A stretch of 64,000 nt of DNA, taken from the NCBI GenBank assembly GCA_951406725.2, contig OX597814.1, positions 17,360,001 through 17,424,000 on the forward strand, given 5' to 3'. A program made the position numbers and the translations under genes. The notes beneath the pieces were generated by a model that was not told where the DNA came from, searched no databases, and worked only from the letters and a program-made list of their open reading frames with translations. The DNA comes from Octopus vulgaris (lineage: Eukaryota). Below are positions 53,785 through 64,000 of the stretch, piece after piece. The stretch's first letter is position 1; each line of letters begins with the position of its first letter.

Positions 53785-55850
53785 AGGCTGCGAGCTGGAA
53801 GATCATTAGCACGCCGGGCAAAACAGCAGTACTTCGACATTCTGAGTTGAAACTCCGCTGAGGTCGACTTTGCCTTTCATTTTCTCGATAAATTAAGTAT
53901 CAGTGAAACACTGGTGGTCGATATAACTGACTTAATCCCCTCCCACAAGCTGCCTTTGTGGCAAAAATTTGTAATCATTATCATCAATACAGAGTCTTGG
54001 TAAAATCGTTAGCTCACCGGACAAAATGTTTAACAGTTTTTCGTTTTTGGTTTTCTAGCTCTAGGAGCTCTGAGTCTAAAAAATCTGCCCATATCAACTT
54101 TGTATTTCATCCTGTCGGAGTAAATAAAAGAAGTACCAGTTCAGCATTGGGATTGATACAATCAATGAAACAACTCCTTTGAAATTACTACAATTGTGCC
54201 AAAATTTAAAGCCATGATTAAAAGGCGCCGAAAAGTGGTGAGCTGACAGAATCGTTAGCATGCCGGGCGAAATGCGTAGCTATATTTCGTCTGCCGTTAC
54301 GTTCTGAGTTCAAATTCCGCCGAGGTCGACTTTGCCTTTCATCCTTTCGGGGTCGATAAATTAAGTACCAGTTACGCACTGGGGTCGATGTAATCGACTT
54401 AATCCGTCTGTCTGTCCTTGTTTGTCCCCTCTGTGTTTAGCCCCTTGTGGGTAGTAAAGAAATAGGTATTTCTTCTGTCTTTACGTTTTGACTTCCGCCG
54501 CGGTTGACTTTGCCTTTAAACCTTTCATGGTCGATAAATTAAGTACCAATGAAACACTGGGGTCGATATAATCGACTAGTGCCCCCGCCAAATTCAAGGC
54601 CCTGTGCCTATAGTATAAAGGATTATTAAAAGGCAGCGACGAAGCAGAATCGTTAGCGAGTCGGATAAAATGCTTTCTTCTTAATCATTGCATTCTAAGT
54701 TCAACTCTTGCATAAATAAAGCTCCAATTAAGCTCTTGAGTTGGTAGTATCAACTAAAACTCTCATCTCAACACTGTGCCAATATTGAAGGAATTATCAA
54801 TTTACCTTGTGTGTTTCAATGTCACTAAGGTTAACTTTCATCCAACTAGCTCGACAAATTAAGTACTACTTGAGTGCTTTAGTCAACTGACAAGAACAAC
54901 ACCCTCCTTCAAAATTTCAGGCCTTGTGCCAATAGTAAAGAGAATTTTTGCTATCATGAAAACGGTGACTTTCCGCTTAAATTTAAGAAATAATCATTAC
55001 AGTAATATATTATTTTAACCAAAGTTTCACCGATTTTGGTTTCAAATTTTAGCACAGGGCGAGTAATTTCGAGGGAAGGGTAAATCAATAACAACGGCTC
55101 CAGGGTTCATTCAAGTGGTATTTATTTTATCGACCCAGAAGGCGTCGAGCTGGCTGAAACGTTAGCACGCTGGGTGAAATACTTAGCGGTATTTCATCTG
55201 CTGTTACGTTCTGAGTTCAAATTCGCTGAGGTGGACTTTGCCTTTCATCCTTTCGGGGTCGATTAAATAAGTACCAGTTACACACTGGTGTCGATATAAT
55301 CGACTTAATCCGTTTGTCTGTACTTGTTTGTGTCCTCTGTGTTTAGCCCCTTGTGGGTAATAAAGAAATAGGTATTTCGTCTGCCATTATGTTCTGAGTT
55401 CAAATTCCGCCAAGGTCGACTTTGTCTTTCATCCTTTCAGGGTCGATTAAATAAGTACCAGTTACACACTGGTGTCGATATAATCGACTTAATCCGTTTG
55501 TCTGTCCTTGTTTGTCCTCTCCGTGTTTAGCACCTTGTGGGTAATAAAGAAATAGGTATTTATTTTATTGACCTAGAAAGGATGGAATGCAAAGCAGACT
55601 TCAGCGGAAATTGAACTCAGAACGTAAAGACGGACGAAATGCCGTTGAGTATTTTGAAGTTTCAACAGTGTTAGTTTCAAATTTTAGCACAAGGCCAGCA
55701 ATTTGGGGGGGGGGTTAAGTCGATTACATCGACCCCAGTGCTTAACTGGGACTTATTTCATCTACCCGGAGAGGATGAATGGCTAAAGCGTCTCAGGCGA
55801 AATTTGAACTCAGAACATAAAGACAGGCTAAATGCTACGGAGCATTATTA
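53785..55850. mobile_element. Dense cluster of SINE family B copies, tandem and nested, both strands
   Basis: Clear copies at 54237-54620(+), 55140-55560(+, dimer), host copy 55035-55140 / 55560-55655(-), 55675-55845(-). Confidence 0.85.
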
Positions 55851-56410
55851 AGTTTCACCTATATTTTTAAAAAAAAATGTGAATCAGATGGAAAGAAAGA
55901 AGCTGGAGAGAAAAAATAGAAAGATACAAAGAACAATTGTAAAAAGGAAAGAGACAAATAGAGAGGAGAGAGAGGGAGAGAAAGAGAGAGAGAGAGTAGT
56001 AAAAGCTTGCGACTGGTATATCAATTTGACTAATTTAATTGTCGTAGTAAATTACTTCATTAATTCAGATTTCACACTACAAGAAGTCCAGTCGTCTCTT
56101 TATTTTCAGAGAAGTGAATAATTAGAAAGAACATTCTTCTACTTTAAGTAATTTGACCCCGTTATATTTATTTATTAGGCTGTTTTATTTTATTTTATTT
56201 TATATTTTGTTATTATATTTTATATCTTTTTTTTTTAATTTGTTGTTATGGAAACTAAGAACAATTTTATTTTTTATATTTTATTCATACTTTGTCCAAC
56301 AGACATAGTCATACGCAACAAAACATAGAAACGTGTACATATATATGTGTGTGTGCGTATTAATTTGTACACACACACTACTACACATCTGCGCGCGTAT
56401 ATATGTATAT

Positions 56411-56665
56411 ATACATATATACATGCATGTACATATATATATATAAATATATATACATAACACACCCACATATGTATATAAATGAATACACATATATATG
56501 TGTATTCATTTACATACATATGTGGGTGTGTTATGTATATATATTTATATATATATGTACATGCGCGTATATATGTATATATACATATATACATGCATGT
56601 ACATATATATATATAAATATATATACATAACACACCCACATATGTATGTAAATGAATACACATAT
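56411..56665. repeat. 85-bp inverted triplication (A - reverse A - A)
   Basis: Segments 56411-56495, 56496-56580 (inverted), 56581-56665; marker CATAACACACCCACATATG appears +, -, +. Confidence 0.85.
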
Positions 56666-56987
56666 ATATGTGTATACACACACACGCGCGCGCGAATGCA
56701 CACATACAAACACATATATATATATATATCCGACAGACTTACGCAAATTTTCCATCTGCCAAATTGACTTAAAAGCCACTGTCGCTTCAAATCTATAACA
56801 GGAGACACTTGCCTATGGTGTCATGCGGCGGGACACTGCCATGCATGCGCCAATAAAAAAACACGCTTTGCTTTTTTTTTTACTTTGCTTCAAAACTGTG
56901 CTTATAAATCATTGATACTATTTCTTGGTACTGCTATTTATTCAATCAGTGCGTGAGTTATTATTATCAGAATGACTTTCCCAAGAC

Positions 56988-57024
<37 letters not shown>

Positions 57025-57044
57025 TATATATATATATATATATA

Positions 57045-57087
<43 letters not shown>

Positions 57088-57262
57088 ATATATATATATA
57101 TATATTATTCTTATTCTTATTCTTCTTATTATTCTTATTATTATTCTTATTATTATTATAATATATATATAGTCTCTGACTATTTTCTCTCTCTCACTAG
57201 ACCGCTGGTGGCGAAAAAATTTCTATTGAATTTTTTGCTACCCTATATTGATTAATTGATGA

Positions 57263-57295
<33 letters not shown>

Positions 57296-57533
57296 TTATA
57301 TATATATTTATATATATATTATTCAATTAAATAGAGTCGCATGAAGCGATCGTACTGCATTACCTCTGGATATCCTTGTTGCTTATTTTGATTATAATCA
57401 CATTATTTTAAATTGTAAGGATAATACCATACTAAATTCTGGTGCCTCACCTTAAGTACCATATTCATCTGAATCTAATTTTTTTTTCTGAAATCATCTA
57501 CCATACCTATACTATATGTATGTAGATATATCT

Positions 57534-57640
<107 letters not shown>

Positions 57641-57719
57641 ATGTATGTGTGTGTGTATATGTAAATATGTATATACGTATATGTAACTTTGTATGTATGC
57701 ACGTATCTATGTATATCTA

Positions 57720-58205
57720 TGTCAGGTCACTTTCGAGTGCTACTGGTAACATGTAACTCAGTACAACCTGTTGCATGGTCGGATCGGCGGTGACTAAACC
57801 GGCAACCCCACCAAGCTTGCTTGGTGAGGAGAGTGTTTATTGGTCACCCTTCGGGATGAAAAACAAAACCCGTCATAGGGTGGAGGAACTCTTGAGAGTC
57901 AAGGGACATCCAATAAATGTCTTAAGGCTGTATCATGCGTGGGGACAGCAATAATCGGACTGAATACCCATCAGGAGTGAAGGACTCCTAGCCTTCGTTA
58001 AGGCATCCTTCTAGGAGAAGGTAACCCACGTAATTAGGATAACTCCGATATAGAATCTGCGACTCAGTGGTTACCGATGATGTTGACTTGGTCTTCTTTT
58101 CGGATTATGGCTGCTGTTGCTTAGTGAGTGGGATTGACTCAGTGCAGAGCCTTTCCTCACTTAAAAAAAATCTTCTTGCACAGGCATTGCACGATAACAA
58201 CATTG
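57720..58205 (+). mobile_element. Probable RTE-derived 5' UTR / non-autonomous element
   Basis: GC-richer block with AGGCATCCTTCTAGGAGAAGGTAAC, similar to the GGCAACC..CTAGGAGAAGG.AA.CT motif I recall from RTE 5' UTRs; several hairpins. Confidence 0.45.
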
Positions 58206-59650
58206 ATTAAGCTTCGTGCAATGGCCATACTCGATAACGAGGGGGAAGCCACCATCTATGTATATGTAGATCTGAAGTAAATTGGCATTTTTAACACAGT
58301 ACGTCAATAAAGGGATTTTTCTCTGACTAGAACCACAGCCTCTGGTTTTCCAGCTGGGCACATACGTTAAACAAAGAAATAAACTATTATGCTACTGAAC
58401 AGTTTAAAACAATTAATCCTAGTATATTTTGTATATTATGCACCATTAATATTATTTCTACAATTCTAAAATATCCAATCTAAATATATTTTTTAAATGA
58501 AGTCTGTTTAAACAATTGCGCAGTTCTACCACTTCAAGAAGTCAATAGGTTTAAAATGTGAAAATGAGTTGTATATATCCAGCCTGCAAGACGAGGAAGG
58601 CTCTGAATTTCTATTTAATAAAGTAGCTTAAACAAATTGAATTTCATATTTTTCTAATGTACATAGTTGGCATGGCTTCTATTATGGTTGCATGTGTTGG
58701 CACATGATAAACACTTTCGTAATATGGTTATTTAGCTATTACACGTATTCCGAGAACGAGCTAATTTACCTTCGCCTATTGTGACTCAATGAAAATTGTG
58801 TCGGTGGTTTTCTTTTGGAAAGGGTTCATAGACAAGTTCCTCTGCGGTAGAGTACAAGAGCCTTGCAGACCAGAAGACAGAACTGTGTCAGTAAAGTTAC
58901 AATTATATGTCTGCTTCATATTGTTTTGCAAAGTAGTGTTAGCTTGGGTATCTTTTGAGAGCTATCAGATTATCTTCCTTAAAATCAGGCGTGGCAGCCT
59001 CGAGGTATTTTAATGAAACGAATCGACGCCAGAACTTATATATTTTATGCCTAATGCTTATTCTATCGAGCTATCTTGCTGAACCGAAAACTTACGGATA
59101 TGTAAACAAACACCGTTTCTCAAGTGGCGGTAGGGAAACAGATATACGCGTGCGCACACACTCATGCACGCACGCATATACATACATACATGCATACATA
59201 CATACATACAAACATACATACATACATACATACATACATACATACATACATGCATACATACATACATACATACACACATACATACATACATACATACATA
59301 CATACATACATACATACATACATACATACATACATACATACATACGAAGGGCTTATTTTAATTTACTACATTCATTCACAAGGGATTGGTCGACCCGAGC
59401 CTACAGAAAGTAGTAAGCACTTGCCCAAGTGCGATTGCCGCAATGGGATTGAACCAGAAATCATGTGTAATTGAGAAGCAAAGTTCTTACCACACAGCCA
59501 GCCAGCCAGCCTGCGCCTAAATACATTTACGCACACACGTATGTATACACATGCGCACACACACATAGACATACATACATCCACAGATACACACACATAT
59601 AATAAATGAAAAAATCTAAATGTATTATGTAATGGAACGCAACATACCGA

Positions 59651-59743
<93 letters not shown>

Positions 59744-60216
59744 TTTATATTCTATTCTTTTATATTATATCCCAAATATCAGAGACAAAGTCTAATTAAA
59801 TGATATACACCTCGGAATCTGTGCTTTCTTTGTTCGAATTATACATCTACACTTGTTGCAAAATAACTGTCAAGCATGGGTTTATTGTTGTGTTAGTTAT
59901 TGTCAAGATAAATTGGTTTTTTATATGCGATGAACAAACACAGATTTTGTAGATTCCATTTAGTAAGTGGAATAATAAAAATGTACAAGATTTTCTGAAA
60001 ATGTTCATTTACGTATATATCTCATCAGATTTATGGGAATTTTATACATGGCATTTTGTTTATTTATTAGGAGAATACTAACATCATTAAGGAGGAATTT
60101 AACGAATGTAAAAAGTCCAAGCAAAAGTCTATATGTATAACGCATGTCAGCCATTTTTTTAACATTCGACAGTCGGCTCATTCGATTAAAAGAAAACACA
60201 CACAGACGCACACACA

Positions 60217-60254
<38 letters not shown>

Positions 60255-60257
60255 TAC

Positions 60258-60290
<33 letters not shown>

Positions 60291-60359
60291 TGTAAGTATA
60301 TATAAGCATATACATATATACATATATATATGTATGTATGTATGCATATATATATATAC

Positions 60360-60392
<33 letters not shown>

Positions 60393-60416
60393 CATATACA
60401 TATACCCATATATATG

Positions 60417-60464
<48 letters not shown>

Positions 60465-60591
60465 TATACACATATATATACATATATGTGTGTGCATATA
60501 TATATACACACACGTATATAGATATACTTATATATATATATATTTTATGCGCATATATGTATATATGAGAAAGAACGAGAGTGCGTGAAGG

Positions 60592-60629
<38 letters not shown>

Positions 60630-61411
60630 TGTGTGCGCGCGCGTGTGTGTGTACCCGCGCGCTTTCTCTATACAAACTAAAAAGAATTCAATCTGTTTTT
60701 CCTATCGCAATTATACACTAAGAAGTTTGCATTCTTTGTTATAACAATTAATCTAACTAAATAAGCATACATACCTATACTGACGTCTACACAAAGACAC
60801 ATACTCTATCACACGCATACACGTATATATAGTCATACACACACACACATACATACACACACACACACACAATCGCGCACGCAATTCAGATATTTACAAT
60901 GAAGTTTAAATAACGTATTATAAATCTGTGATTGGAAAGACAAAAGCATTAGAGAAAGAAAGCAATTTCTTTCTTGCTGAAATATAACGCCTATGTCCTC
61001 AACATAAGTAATTACAGCCGAAAAATAAATCGAAAAAAACATCTGGTAGAGGTTGGATCTAATTAAAATTAATTGGTAGATATAACTTATTAAGCGTATG
61101 TTACGTTTTAATTAAAAGCACCAGAAACATTTACTTCGTTGGCGCAATATAAATCAGTGGAGAGAAATAAAGTTTTTTGCATTAATTCTAAAATGATTTC
61201 GAAAGATGTCACATGGAATGTAAAGAATGGTGCTTCAATTAGCCCAAGAAAGAGGCACTATGTCTGTTGGCTTCTAAACTTTTGAAAACAATAATTTTCG
61301 GTACATAATTGTATTTATATTAAATCCAGAAGGTAACACCTTATCAATATTGAACTTTCACCTATGTGTCTGCATCTCTCTTTCTATTTATCTATGTAGT
61401 TATATGTACCT

Positions 61412-61506
<95 letters not shown>

Positions 61507-61577
61507 GGAGTAAGCACATAGATATGAAACAAGGTGAAAAAAAGAGTACTGAAATACCAGATGTAGAGTAATATGCT

Positions 61578-61737
61578 TTATTTAAAGCAGCAGAAATATA
61601 ACAAAGGCTGTTACTCAGATTTTCACGTTCCCTTTCGTCGGACAGTTCTTTAAAAATTTTAACAAAACTGTCCGACGAACGGGAACGTGAAACTCTGAGT
61701 AACATCATTTGTTATATTTCTGCTGCTTTTAAAATAA
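61578..61737. ncRNA. Back-to-back pair of minimal hammerhead motifs (core CCGACGA) forming a 70-bp fold-back
   Basis: Plus 61668-61705: CTGT-CCGACGA-ACG-ggaa-CGT-GAAAC-TCTGA-GTA-ACA. Minus 61608-61645 is the sister copy with stem I CTGT/ACAG. Confidence 0.62.
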
Positions 61738-61756
61738 TGTATATATATATATATAT

Positions 61757-61851
<95 letters not shown>

Positions 61852-62611
61852 TTGATAGAAAAAGAGAGTGAGTGAGTGAGAAAGAGGGAGATTTTAGCGT
61901 CTATGTACATATGTATGTATATTTGTGTACATGTGTGACTGGGTCTAGATTAAGCTTTTATAATATATACTCTGGTGAAGGAGGCGATCTAATTAACAAT
62001 ACTACAAAAGTTGACCACCTGACACTTTGTAGACACTTTCTTTGTTTGTAATTTATTTATTTATTGCTGTCTAACTCTTAGTACTTGGTCTCATGTTATC
62101 AAAACAAAAACAAACTGCTGATCATTGACAGATAAACAAAAGCAGATAACAAAATAATTTCACTTTTAAAAACTCGAATGGACTTTGTAATTAAATTTCA
62201 ATTAAAAGCAATACGTAAGTTTTAATATTTATTCAACTTTCAGGATTTTTGTTTAATAATGAGCAATACATAGTTGAAAGTGTATGATATATATATATAT
62301 AATTTCAGCAAAACAATTTAGATTCAAAAGAATATGGTACTTAACCTAGATGCACCAGAATTTTTTTATGGTATTAACCATAAAATTATGTGGGGTGATT
62401 ATAACCAAAAAATAAGCAACAAGAATGGATCAGTAGTTTAGTACAATTGTAATATTACAGCAATTATAATGTCAAGTACTCTTCAGCTAAATTTCATATA
62501 GGTTTTCCAAACATCTTAGAGAGAGTAAATATCCTTATAAAGTTATAGAAGTGAGTTCCAGGAGCTTGAAGTAAGATTCCAAGCAGACTATATATAGTAT
62601 ATATATATATT

Positions 62612-62828
62612 CTTTTACTTGTTTCAGTCATCTGACTGCGGCCGTGCTGGAGCACCGCCTTGAAGGGTTTTAATCGAACAGATCATCCTCATGTCATTTT
62701 TCAAAACCTAGTACTTATTCTATCACTCTCTTACCCGAACTGCTAGGGTACGGGGATGTAAACAGGCCAACACTGGTTGTCAAGAGATGATGGGGGAACA
62801 AACACAGACACACACACACGCACACATA
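62612..62828 (-). mobile_element. SINE family A 3' half
   Basis: TTTTACTTGTTTCAGTCA..GGAGCACCGCC match. Confidence 0.8.
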
Positions 62829-64000
62829 TGGAGTTTATATCCATTCTAAAGAAGAAAACGATGGAGATACGGAAATAAATAATTGCTTCTTATTAACAAA
62901 TTGGCTATCTTCGCTTTTCTTTGTTCTTTTTTCCCTTTTGCGATCCCTTTTGATCGAAAACCTACGCCACCCTTTTTTTTCTTTTTTTTTCATCCCCCAA
63001 AAGAAAAGCTCTACCTTGTAACTTGTCCCATCTGTGTGCAGCCCTGTGTGGCCAATAAAGAAACTTATCTTCGCTTCTTACAGCCATTTCAATTAATACT
63101 CAACAATTTGATTATTAATTTAATAAACAAATTTTTAATTATGCTATTTAGCATTAATTGAAACGGCTGTAAGGACAGAAGATGACCAATTTGTTAGAAA
63201 TAAACGATTATTAACTTCCATACCTCAATTTTCTTTCCTTCTTTTAAATGGATATAAACATTATGCTTAATATATATCTATTGTGTTAAAGGAATTTAAT
63301 TCCCCCAAAATACAAGGTAATGAACCAGTATTTTCTTTGATGCAACAATCCCTTCACGAGGTTAACATATCCTCTAATTATATATATATACATGATAGGA
63401 TTCTTTCAGTTTCCGTCTCACAAGCTCTTGGTCGGACCGAGGCTGCTGTAGAATGCACTTGCTCAAAGTACCAAGCATCAAGACCGAATTCGGAACCATG
63501 TGGTTGGAAAACAAGCTTTTTACCACACAGCTACGCTCACGCATATATATATATATATATATATCGGAATCTGAGTTTTTGAAAATGGAGGCGAACACCT
63601 TTCTCCATGCGATCGGCTTGAAAAATTGTTAAGACGCTAGGATATTTTCCTACTTTTCTTAACCTGAAACCAATAGTAGCCTTACTTCACAAATAAAGAA
63701 ATTATATCCAGTAATGAGGTGCTGAATACTCATTTTTATCGTTCGACATTTACGTGCATATATATATATATAGTGACTGTTGGCCGAAATCTGCCTTTCA
63801 GCTCCTGACCCTCGTCGTGTTAACATCGCTGTTTTCGTCCGCCGCTATAAAGGCTTTTTCCATTGCGCCAGAGAAAAAATTTGTTTGCTTGTTATCAGTC
63901 GTAAGACACTGTTGTTTTCACCGGTAATGCTTCTGTATTTCATGTTTCTGTATTCCATTATTGTTTTTTGTTTTTTTTATATCTGTCCCTTTTGCTGTCC

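Overview
AT-rich, microsatellite-saturated animal DNA whose repeat content looks like an octopus/cephalopod genome (inference from the tRNA-derived SINE families). I find no credible host protein-coding exon; almost all ORF-track entries are translated microsatellites. The window holds: one near full-length but dead Penelope-like element (RT + GIY-YIG, about 6.9-9.5 kb) with inverted pseudo-LTRs; a cluster of Dong/R4-type LINE 3' ends in a (TAA)n array (21-24 kb); RTE and CR1-type LINE remnants; mariner/Tc1 relics; a piggyBac-type MITE; a non-autonomous Helitron; and dozens of SINEs. The most interesting signal is non-coding: about 15-18 minimal type-I hammerhead ribozyme motifs from at least 8 sequence families, mostly in short modules abutting (TA)n runs and often in fold-back pairs. 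Across families the 3:8 core pair appears as C-G, U-A and G-C, U4C and A6U variants recur, and each family has a palindromic stem III. The pseudo-LTR of the coding element also carries a tRNA-like Pol III head upstream of its hammerhead. Ribozyme activity is inferred from motif fit only; boundary coordinates of old repeats are approximate.
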